Source of the DNA: Octopus bimaculoides
Taxonomy: Eukaryota
Direction of reading: 5' to 3'
Assembly (NCBI RefSeq): GCF_001194135.2
Contig: NC_068982.1
Coordinates: 36,923,312 to 36,987,311, forward strand
Length of the DNA stretch: 64,000 nucleotides
Shown: positions 11,901-24,192 of the stretch, one piece after another
Layout of the letters: each line of letters starts with the position of its first letter
How positions within the stretch are numbered: position 1 is the first letter of the stretch
Notes under the pieces: generated by a model
What the model was told of the DNA's origin: nothing
Databases searched by the model: none
The model's input: only the letters and a program-made list of their open reading frames with translations
Position numbers and translations under genes: made by a program

Positions 11901-14900
11901 ACTCTATTACCTAAAAGTTTTAATTTTAATGATCATTCTCTTTTAGGAAAATATTTCAATCTCTAAAATACTTTTAAATTAGTTTTTAAGTTGGCTAAAA
12001 ATCTTTTGGGTTTAAATGTTTTATTTATAAAGAAAATAATGTAATAAATGACAATATCATTGTGTATAATCTCAAGAATATTCAACCTTCCGACCTCTGT
12101 ATGTCTCATTTTCCAGTGTTTCATTATGTCTCTTAATCGTCTTTGCTTTTCTGTTTGTTGACATTTTTTTTCTGCGTTGTATTTTTGTATCTCCCTTTGT
12201 CGCTTTCCTTCCAATATCCATCCATGTTAACAGAAGATACAGACTGTGAGTATTACAATTGCTGTTGTACTACTGTCTTAGTGTTGTGTTTTGTCATGTT
12301 GTCATCCTAAGCTAAATCTTTTCTTTGCCTTGACAAACAATTTTAATGTTACCTGAATGTCATCATATAAACAGATAAGCATGCAATATATGTGTAAGAT
12401 GTTTTAATATTATTGCTCTTGTTAACACAACTATTACATTGTTCAGTTTAATTTATAATTTTATGATAAGCTATGAAATAAGTAGTAGCCCTGAAAGAAA
12501 GTTAGACGCTATAAAATACATCCATTGTGTGCAATACCAGATTTTTTTTTCCCCAAGAAAATGTCTGTTGTAAATATCTATAATTGAATAAGGTTTTGTA
12601 TTCTTATAATGTTTCAATTCCCTTGTTTTGTGTGGGTGTGTGCATGCGTGCGCATGTGCACACACATACACTCCTGTACTGCTAGCTGTCACTCACTCAC
12701 TTTCTGGCCAGTCCTTCATCGAGATCTGTTCGTCTCTTACCATCACCATCTTGATAATCTGTAACTCATGTTCTCTTACTTGCAAACATTACTCTTCTAT
12801 GCTTCTAGCTCCCATTCTCTTTTCCCCCAGTTACCAAGTTACTCATTATTGATAACTATTATACTCTCATATTTCTCTCTTACCAACAAAAATGTAACTT
12901 CCGTGTCTCTGTCTCATTACTTTCTGCTGTCACTGTCTCCTTCTTTTCCTCCTCCTTTTCCATATGGTCACTTCAATCATTATGTCCCTTTTTCATACTC
13001 ATGTTTCTTTCTCCATATCACACTAGTTCTCATAGTTCATTTTCTGCAATTGCCTGTTCTATCTAGTCCATTTGTCAAGTTACTTGGAATGAACAACAAT
13101 AACATTGAGCAGTAATGGCTCTTTTGTCTTGCAGAGTACAAGGTAACCCACTAATTCTGATTCCTTGTACACTCTATAAATGCTCCTTGTACACTCTATA
13201 AAATGTTTGCTGAATGAGCGGAGTAAACACAGTCAAGAGGAGTTTTTAGTTCTGTCTTCTGGAGGACGTAAGATTTAAAAACCTGGTACCATGATAAAAT
13301 ACACTTTGTATGCTCTGTAAAGTTGGTGTTAGGGAGAGCATCCTGTCTTAGAAACCTAGCCCAAACTGAAGAACAAGGGTGAAATATGGTCCTGAGACCT
13401 GTCTAGGAGAGCAACTAATTCCAAATAAGAACTGACATGGATTAGGATCATCAGCAATGCCAGCATGAAAATCAGTTGTGTACTGATGATATATACATAT
13501 ACCACACAAATATCTATCTGTTTCTCTGTCTGTCTGTATGTATCTCTATGTATGTGCTTGTGTGTGTTTATATGTATAATACTAAAAGTTGCCATCTATT
13601 TTTGTGTGTACCACAATTTTTACTGAAAACAATTCATTATGTTGATAAAAGGTTTTGAGTTCATGTACTCTTAAGAAATACATTTCTGGGCTTTAGGAAT
13701 TGAAAAATGTTGTTTATTATTTTATGTGCAAGAGAAAGTATTTTTCAGCCATTCATGGAAGAAAGACAATTCATGAATGTTGTTGAAATGGAAGAAGGGT
13801 TGCTGAGTATATATCAACATATAAAGAAAACAAATTGATGCAATATCCATAGAGTAACAAGGATCGATAGAATAGCTCATAGCAAAATACAAGAAAAAAG
13901 GATAGTGTATATGTCTATCTTCATCTGTCTCTGAGATGAATATCTGAAAGAATGAGAGGGTGTGTGTGTGTGTATATATCTATATAGCGAGAGAGTTTAT
14001 GATGCAAATAAACATGTATGGGCTTAATATATGCTGGGCAGTGGGGGNNNNNNNNNNNNNNNNNNNNNNNNNNNNNNNNNGGGGGGGGGGGGGGTACTCA
14101 AAAGAAACTGGAATTTTGCAATATTATTTTATTTACTTAGTTTTACAAAGTCACAGGGAGCAAGATCAGGTGAATAGAGAGGGTGGGTAAGCGGGTTCAT
14201 GCCATTTTTGTTCAAAAACTGTCTCACACTCAAGGTGGTGTGCACAGGTGCATTGTCATGATGAAACCACCGTTCTCCACTTTGTCACAGATAAGGGCAT
14301 TTTCATCTCACCATGTCTCGCAAATGCTTCAGAATTGCCAAGTAAAATGTCTGGTTAACATTTTGACCAGAGGAAACAAATTCTGTGGGCAATTCCTTTC
14401 ACATCGATGAAACAAATCAGCATCATTTTGACATTGGACTTCACTTGATGTGCTTGTATGTGGCATGGTGATATCGAATGCTTCTATTGACTTGATTGCT
14501 GCTTCATTTCTGGGTCGTAGCTGTACCACCAGCTTTCGTCACCAGTGATCTTTGAAACTGGTCTGGATCAACTTCCAACTGTTCTTTTAGTTCATGACAT
14601 GCATTCAGTTGTGACTGCTTTTGAGCTTTCATGAGTAAGTGCGGTACAAATTTTGCTACAATTCTTTTCGTTTGCAACTCCCCACTCAAAATTCATTGGC
14701 AGGTGCTCCAGAACACACCAATCATTTCAACAAGTTCATCAATTGTTTGGTGACAGCCTTCCAAGATCAGTTCATGAACTTTTGTGATGTTTTCATTCAT
14801 TCAGGAGGTCAACAGTTGCCCTGAACAAGGTTGGTCTTCAAGCAACAAGTGAACATTCCTGAAGCGTGAGAACCACTTGTAAACTTGTGTTTTGCTCATG

Positions 14901-17781
14901 ACAGCATCCTTGTAAGCTGTTTGAGGCATGACTACTGCTTTGGCCACCATTTTCCCCAGCAGAAAACAGAATTTCATGAAAGCACACTGTTCCTTCATTT
15001 CAGCCATTGCAAAAATCAACGGACAAGGGAGAAACACTGCAAAAGAAAGACATTACCACTTGGCAGTACAACTTCAACTGATGCTGCCTGTTGGCAGATT
15101 GATGTTTAAGGGTCGCATCAAGTGGCTTCTAGCTGCAGAAGCTTGAACTACATTGGGCTTGTCCGACAGAGAATGTTTCCGGTTACTTTTGGGTACCTCA
15201 TCATAAAATATACATACATATATACCTGTAAATATATATAGGGATATGGGAAACAAAAACTGAAAATATTCAGGTGAACATTCATGTTTAAGCATATAGA
15301 TATTTATATATTTACAGTACAGATTTACATGGAGAACAAAAGATACAGTAAACTAAGGGGAGAGGATATGGTATTTCAGGTCTGACAGCTGTTTCTGGGG
15401 GCTCGGAATTACTTAATACTTGTAATTTTTGCCAATGGAGTGTGCAAAATTTCAAGAATATGCAACCAGTAGTGGATGAATATAAACATTACTGTAAATT
15501 TGGCCTCCATCTTCGGGTTGGACAGATTGTTTATTTGTATTATTATTTCCATATCAGCTCACCTGGATTTCTCTTATAGACTTAGTCCTCAAAAAAGATT
15601 TCAGAGTGTAAGCACAAAATTATTTGAGCACTACTATGTGTTTTCTATATTGAGCATCTCTGGATCTCGCCTGTTGACTATATACATATATATATATCTG
15701 ATTCTTTATTTATATAAAACAAAAGGTACTGGCAGTTAATTGTAACTACTTCATATATAATATACACATATATTTTTTTTGAAATTTGTACATTATGATC
15801 GCAATACACATATACATTTGCATATGTACATGTTTATATGGGTACACAAACATGCATGTGCACATACATACACACAGATGGAAATTTCACCAAAGACTGC
15901 CTTCCTGATGCATGACAGATGACAACCAATGAATTTCACTGATTATCCACTTAATGGCTTTCAAACCCATTGACATATATGATCAACTGACTGTCAGTTC
16001 CTGTCACAGGAATGAAATCTCTATTCGTCAAAACACGTAAAAACACTCATGTATAATGCTATAGTATAATATTGAACCTAGGATCACATTGAAGCATAGT
16101 AACTTTTTAATCCTATAGTCAGGTGTGTATATTAATGTACATGTGTGTATATTATAGATTAGTACTTAAGTACTTTTTCCTTGGCAGTTGATCATTTTTC
16201 CTGTCTCATTCAGCTTGTTGAAAATTAAGTACTGAAATGTTTATTTTCTTAATTATTTGGCATCATATATAGCAACATTAATCTACCAGTTGAAGCTGTT
16301 TTAGTGTCTAACCTTTTATTAGTGATGTGTTGTTTAATAAATGAATCCCTGCTTGAAAAGGAGTAAAAGGGAAAAAAGAAAACTACTAAGTTTGCTATTT
16401 AAATCTTTTATTGGAAGTATGATAAATACAGTATTCTTGCATTGCTGCAAAAATACTAGGGGCTTGTTATATTTGTGGTGAAATCATATTATATCTCTTG
16501 AAAAAAATGAAACATTCTATTTATTTTGAATTATAATTTATTTCTTGAAGAAATAAAATGCTGTATCAGAAAAAAGAATTAACATAATTTTTTTCATATA
16601 GTTTTTAAGAATTATTTTACAATATTAGTTTCTGTTCCTTGTATCTGGTTATTTGGGAAAGGATTCAGGTTGGCAAAAATATTTCATTAAAGAATTTGTT
16701 GGACAGTTTACAAATCTAAAATATATATAACTATAAATATAGGTGGATGAAAAAGAAGTTATAAAATTGGTTTCTATCAAGGATTTCAATATACATTCTT
16801 TCATTGTCAAATAAGATTACTTTTTAAAGATGTTATCTTTTCTGTCTTCAGTTATTAAACTGGACAATGAATTTCATGTGTAAACATGAAATTGTTTTGA
16901 AATTCTACTTTGGATTATATCAGGTTGAACATTGTTACATACTACATATATGAAGTATAGAAGTTTAAAAAACAACTCTTCTAGAGTTTAAAAATATTTT
17001 GTTGCATATATCTGAATAATTGTTGCGGTAAGGCTTTTTCGTAAGGTAGGTCTTTCATAAAGATTTTATAAAAAGTGTTCTGAGGTGAATTCTAAAATAT
17101 TTGTTTGGAAATCCCCCCTCCACACACAGACACATTCACTCTCACTCTCCAAACTATTATATAGATGATACTTTTACTAATTACAACAATCTGCAACTAC
17201 TTCAATTGTTGTACATTATATACTCAATGTTATATAAACAATTATTTTACAACTGTAAAACCAGTATCAAAATTAAATTTATAATTTTTACTCCAAAGTA
17301 AAACCATAGTCTTATTAATAAAGTAAAATTTTAATTACTAAACTACTCTTTTCGCTTGCAGTATTTGTATTTAAAAAGAAGCAAGAGAAATACATAAATA
17401 TGATTTTTTAGATTCATAGCAATGAAATATAGTTTCAGAAATATTGAACTTTAAATATTTCAAATTATTTACTTATAATTATCATTACTTATTATTTACT
17501 TGAAATATTTGTTTTGTAGGGAAGCAGAAAGAAGAACTTGAAAAAACTTTGGAAGAGATGCCTTCTCGTCCTTATTTGAGTGCTCTTGGAGCTTTACTTA
17601 AATGGATCAGTGATATGGAGGAAATTCTCAACACAGAAAATATCCATTTCAGTGGTACCAGTTCTCTGGAGAAACAAATGAAGCAGTACAAGGCTAGTCA
17701 AATTCCTTATCTATTATTTTAATTTCTAAACTTAAAAAATTTAAAATGATATTTAAACAATATACGACTGGGAAGTTAATA

Positions 17782-17835
<54 letters not shown>

Positions 17836-18228
17836 NNNNNNNNNNNNNNNNNNNNNNNNNNNNNNNNNNNNNNNNNNNNNNNNNNNNNNNNNNNNNNNNN
17901 NNNNNNNNNNNNNNNNNNNNNNNNNNNNNNNNNNNNNNNNNNNNNNNNNNNNNNNNNNNNNNNNNNNNNNNNNNNNNNNNNNNNNNNNNNNNNNNNNNNN
18001 NNNNNNNNNNNNNNNNNNNNNNNNNNNNNNNNNNNNNNNNNNNNNNNNNNNNNNNNNNNNNNNNNNNNNNNNNNNNNNNNNNNNNNNNNNNNNNNNNNNN
18101 NNNNNNNNNNNNNNNNNNNNNNNNNNNNNNNNNNNNNNNNNNNNNNNNNNNNNNNNNNNNNNNNNNNNNNNNNNNNNNNNNNNNNNNNNNNNNNNNNNNN
18201 NNNNNNNNNNNNNNNNNNNNNNNNNNNN

Positions 18229-18263
<35 letters not shown>

Positions 18264-20209
18264 CCATCTTATTAATTCACAGAAGGATGACAGGAAAGTT
18301 AGGCAAGCTCTCAGCAAGTTGTACTTTCAGAGAAGCTCTAAATGATTATCATGACAGAAAAAGGAGATAGAGGTTTATAACATAGAGGAAAATCAGCAAT
18401 TTCTACAAGGCAACTGCTGAAGGCTATAAACAAGATATGTGGACCATGCAGTAGAGGAAAATATCAAGTAGCTAAAGTGAATCTAAAGGTTGGGCATATT
18501 TAGCAAAGGGCGAAGAAAAAGAAAGTGGCTTGCACATGTTTTGTGACATGAGGATTAAGAGCATGAGATGTTATAAGTTAAACTGAAGAGAATCTAGATG
18601 TAATGTGTTTAGAGAATGATCATAGCACATTTGCTTTTACTGATGTTAGAAAGAAAGTAGCATAGAGACTGTTGAATTAGGAGATTGCTTGAGAGGGAGA
18701 GTGTCTATAACAGTCTGATCAACAGAACAAATAAGAATATGATAGCAAGGAAATTAACTGGCCTGTCAGTGATAGTCACAGTGATGTTTAAAATATTTGG
18801 CAAAGGAAGTTCCATACTAGTATTTCAAATAGTCAACCAAAGAATATAAGAAGGTGACATACTCGGTGACTGGTGTACCAGTATCATTGTCAATTGATAC
18901 AGGGGCAAAAGCCATATACTAAAGACCACAAAAACCTCAAATTATTGAGCAAGAGTTATCAAAAAATTGATTAGAAACAAGATTAACTTGAATGTTATTT
19001 GGGTTTGTGGTACTTAAGAGGCTATATTCATAAAGAAAGAATTGCAAGAAAATTTGCTAGCTATGAGTAAGCCCTTCCCCATACTCAACATTTGTTGACC
19101 TGGAGATGGCTTTTGGCAAGGTACAATGATCTGTGATCTGGTATTCATGAATGATTCTAGGGGTACATGAATGGCTTATGAGGGCTCTGCAGTCTGTGTA
19201 CAGAGGTGCAATCATCAATGACAAATTTAGCATGTATGCAGAGGTTCATTCAGTTATCTCTTATCTACATATTATAGTCATCCAAGCTATAACAAACAAA
19301 CTATGCTGATGACCTAATTCTTAAAGCAAAATCTGGAGAAGATGTTCCTGACAAGGAAGCAAAACCTGGTATAGAAAGTCCTTAAACTTACTAAAACTAC
19401 AGTTTTACTAAGTAGGAAAGAATTAAAGACCTTGTTACCATCGAGGAAATGGCCTTGGTATACAAAAAAGGAGGAAGTAGAAATTTCATATGGTGTGCCA
19501 AGTGTACGGAAGAGAACACGAGTGAAGTGGGATCACAAATAGTTTAACAAAGTAGGTGGGCTTCATATGTGGGTAATAAACACTAAAGTATACAGGAAAC
19601 AGGTTTTCTCAGATGCCCAGCAAGCTCCTGGTAGTTGATAACTTCTGTTACTGAGGTGGGTGTTCTGAAAGCTTAGTGGTGAGAGTAAGAACAGACTGGA
19701 AAATATTCTAGGAACTATTATCTCTGCTGGTGACAAAAAGCTTTTCTTTCAGAGTGAATGGCGGATTGTATGCTGCTTGTGTACAAAATGAGATAGTGCA
19801 TGGTAAAAAGTCAACTGCTGGAGAATTTATGAAAATTGTAAAGAAATTAAGCAAGCATACTTTGGTGGATGCATAGTGTTAGTGTGCATGAATAACAAAA
19901 TTCAAGTAAGTTGAGGGAAAAACTAGATATAAGTGGAATCAGATGGGTGCAGTGTGTAAGAGAAAAGAATGCACTGGTAGTGGCTTGTGATGTATATAGG
20001 GTGTAACTGCTGTATGAGGAATTGCTAAGCTCTTTGTTTAAATGGAAGCTGTGGAAGAGGAAGACCAAGAAACACTTAGGATGAAGTGATGAAGACTGAT
20101 GGCATTTCGCAAAGATGACTAAGAACCATGATGATTGGTGACACATGATGCAGGAGAAAATTCAACCACACGTGTAAGCATGGTGAAACATACATGGAAA
20201 TGGAGGCTG

Positions 20210-20245
<36 letters not shown>

Positions 20246-23200
20246 TGTGTGTATGTGTATGGGCTTTTCACTTGTTTTGTACCAGCTAAGTCTTTATTTG
20301 CTATTCCTCTTTTCTGTTCAATACCCCTTTCATCTCCTAGTTACTACGCTACGCTACGTAACCCATGTAATATGGGAAAATAGATGTGACCATGCTCATT
20401 GCCTGCCTACTACCATCCATATCTCTCTACTCTCTGCTCCCTTCCATCATGCTCTCTGTTACCAGATAACATTACTCTTCTCTACTGCTAGCCACCTCTC
20501 CCTCTTCTCCAGTCAGTCATTATTGACATCTGTCCCACTCTCATACCACTGACCATTTTTATTACTCTCCATCACTTCCTCACTCTCTTTTTCTCCCCTC
20601 TCACCAACAAACATAATTGTCGTTCACATGTTTGTCCCTGCCATTACTGTTTCTCTCATTTTACTCGGGAATTAATGTCTCTTTTTGCATTACTCCTTTT
20701 AACATTGTCTCTCCCATTTCTCCTTCTACACTTTCACCAGAATAGTGTTCCCCTCTCACCCTAGTTAATTTTCAGCTACCACCTTTTCTTCTACCCACCC
20801 TATTGGTCATGTTGCTCTAAATTAACAAAGAATGCATACAGGAATGAGCTTGACTGTTCTGTGACTGTGAAGATCTGTTCGACTCATGTCAGAATGGAAA
20901 GTGACATCCTTTTAATCCACTTTCCATACTACATAGATTTCTCGGTAGTTACAGTCAAAGACAATTCTCATCAGGATCTACTGCTCTCCTAAATGTCTTG
21001 CTTGTATGTTTCATTTTTTACATGGTTTCTAAGGCCAGATGTCCTTCATATCACCAACTGTACTAGGTGCAGTTTATTATGGCACCAGTACCCAAAAAGG
21101 ATGTTATATCCCCAAAGGACTAAAGGGGCCTTATTGATCCCACATTGTTTCCACTCATTCATCACTCACTTTGTAGAGTGTGCTGAATGCATTCTGGCAC
21201 TATCACAGTTAGGGTTGTCTTGTAATTTGTAAAATTGAAAAGCATTGTTAGATCAGGTCAACGTGACCTAGTAGGTGAGCAATGACAGAAGTTGAACTAA
21301 AATGGGTAGATGAATGGAACAAAAGTATGATAGCAGAAACCTAGTGATTTGGTGAGAGAGAGATGAATAATAATAGAAGTTGAGAATGGTAACAGTGAGT
21401 GATGGAAGTCAAATAAATGATGACTGGTGGTACAGAAAGGGTAACGGTAGTGTGTATCAGGTACAAACAGATACATTGTCATTGTCATGGTTGTGAGGGG
21501 TAGAGTGATAAGGGTGGTGGTAGAGGGGAGTAAATGTAGGTAGGTTCAGTATCATTCTTTGTTACTGGGCTGTATGAATGATATACAGATGAGTGAACAC
21601 ACACACATATACAAAATCTTTTTTTTCTTCCTCTTTTAGGAACTTCGAAATGATCTTCAAGAACATGTACATAGTTTAGAATATGTGAATAAAACAGGCC
21701 AACAACTGGTAAAAAAATCTCACAGCAATGAGAGAGCTAAATCTCTTGAGAATGATTTAATATCCTTGAACTGTAGATGGAGTGAAGTTTATAATACAGT
21801 TGATGGACGTATGGATATTCTAGATAGAACAATTGGACAACTGCAGTCATTTCAGGTACAATCTCTTAAAATAATCACGTATTTTTTATAAAAACAAGAG
21901 TAAAAGTTAAAAATTCTCATTACCCACAAGAATGATTAAAGTACTTTATCAAGAACTAATTACATAGAATTTGTTGAAAATATGTTTATGCCATCTTGGA
22001 ATGAATTAATCCAATTTTCATAATTTGATTTTTATAGGATTGAGTTACTAAATTCTTACTTGTTAGTTAAATTTTTTTTTAAATATATTTTACAATGTAA
22101 TTTTTATGATTATGAAAAACCATTTTACTTTTTCTATAAAAATGTATTTTAATGTAACCCTTCTGTTTGATAGTAATTGCTTTTCTATATTAAGTGGTAT
22201 AAACAAAAATAATTTCATTACAAATCTGCAATCATTTTCAAACAGTAATGCAAAGTGGATTATCTTTTCATCATTATATTTGTTTTATCTAATTAATTTT
22301 GTATTAATTGTGAAAATATGTTTTCTCTTACAAACTAGTCATTGACTCTTAAATATAACTGAATATTTCTTAATTTATTCATAGAATCAATTGGTTGGCA
22401 TGGTCCGCTGGACGAAAGAAATGCATGTGTTTTTACAGTCTGATGATCCAGCAACAGGAGATTTACAAACTCTTGCTGCTCAAATGAATGAAAGCAATGT
22501 AAGAATTGTAATACAACAATCTTTTCTTTTTCTTAAATGAAGTTATTTTAATTTTAAATCATAGTCAATCACATCAATGAAAAAACTAACAGGAATATTA
22601 AAGAAAAACATATGATGTTATATTAAAATTTTGAAAAAAAATTTTATAACCAAATCGTTTTAAAACAAATTATTTTCATAAAAATAAAAAAATTCAGAAA
22701 AAATGTCTGGTGATTGTTGCAATACTGATCTTTTCTATTTACTTATAGGGAGTTCTTGAAGATATTTTAACATTGCAAGAAAATGTTGATAGTATTGGGG
22801 AACTACATAATCAACTGTGTGAATATGCTGATGAACACTTTACTAAAGATTTAAAAGAACAGGTGAAAGATATGAATGAAAAGTGGAATAGTGTTGTTAC
22901 TCTTGCACAAGAACAGAACACTCGTCTTGCTAATGCAATCAAATACAGCAAAGATATTTTCTCCAGAATGGAAAACTTAACTAAGTGGACAGAACAACAA
23001 AAACAGCAACTCAACAACAAAGACTATGCAGTGGATAGTATCAACGATTTATTAGTTAAAAATAAAAAATTCAAGGTACAGTATAATTTTTAGAAATTGA
23101 ACTTCTCTATTATAATCATATACCCCTGTCTTCTATTTTAATTTAAAGCTAAATAATTTTGTATTACATTATATCAGACTTGTCAAATAAATATTTTTGT

Positions 23201-24147
23201 AATGATGTGTCAAAAGAACAAGCTCATACATACTTAACATCATAAAATTCATTTGATTTCATCAATTTTAGAGAAGGGTTAACAAAATGTCCATTGTCTG
23301 GAAATCTTTCGTAACATACCCGTGACCTCTTCAGCAACTCTTCCATCCCACATGAAAGAGTCGCTGAAGAGGTCACAAGTGTGTGACAATAGTTTACAAC
23401 ATTATTTTCTTCAGTGGCCATCCAAAGAAAATGTGTTAAAGAGACAAATTATCAATTTAGTACAGATATAAAAAAATTAAGTTATGAGAATAATTTCTTG
23501 TGTGTTCATAAGCTTTCAGACTGACATTCATGCATTGCAGACACACCCGAATAACTCCACACAGATCCACAACTCTGTGCACTTATTCACACATACTCAT
23601 TCACTTACTAGTCAACAAATAATAAAAACTATAGAAATGTATTTAAAATTGTGTTATAAAAGAAGTTTGCTCTTATTGTAATATAAAATTTAGTTTATTT
23701 TTACTTCAATTTTAGTCTCTGAAGCAAGAAGTTTTGGAAAAAGAACTTGAGATAAATAGACTGAACTCGGAAGCTAATGTTTTGTTAAATAAAAGCAAAA
23801 GCTTACAGGAGATGGGACGTGCTTTAATGAAGTTAAATTCTCTTTGGAAAGATGTTTACCAGCGAGTTATCTACTATTCTACTGTTTATGAACAAAGTGA
23901 TGTGAAGTGGTATAAATTTAAAGGTATGACTTACTGTACTAAATAATTACCATTTACTCTTTTACTTGTTTCAGTCATTTTAACTGCAGCGATGCAGGAG
24001 AACCACCTTAAAAGATTTTTAGTTGAAGCAGTCGACCTCAGGATATATTTTTGTGAGCCTAGTACTTAATTCTATTGGTCTCTTTTGCCGAACCTCTAAA
24101 ACACACCAATATTGGTTGTCAAACGACACAAAGCCACACATACATAA

Positions 24148-24192
<45 letters not shown>

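Noticed and set aside
13160-13204. About 22-bp local tandem duplication TCCTTGTACACTCTATAAATG
   Set aside because: Ordinary slippage duplication with no further structure.
17697-17698. GT as an alternative canonical donor for exon 8
   Set aside because: Phase 1; incompatible with the phase-0 acceptor at 21640.
17694-18345. Long ORFs across N gaps (also 34017-34523 and 52931-53582) and SLSL/ERER ORFs
   Set aside because: Artefacts of N runs and (CT)n repeats.
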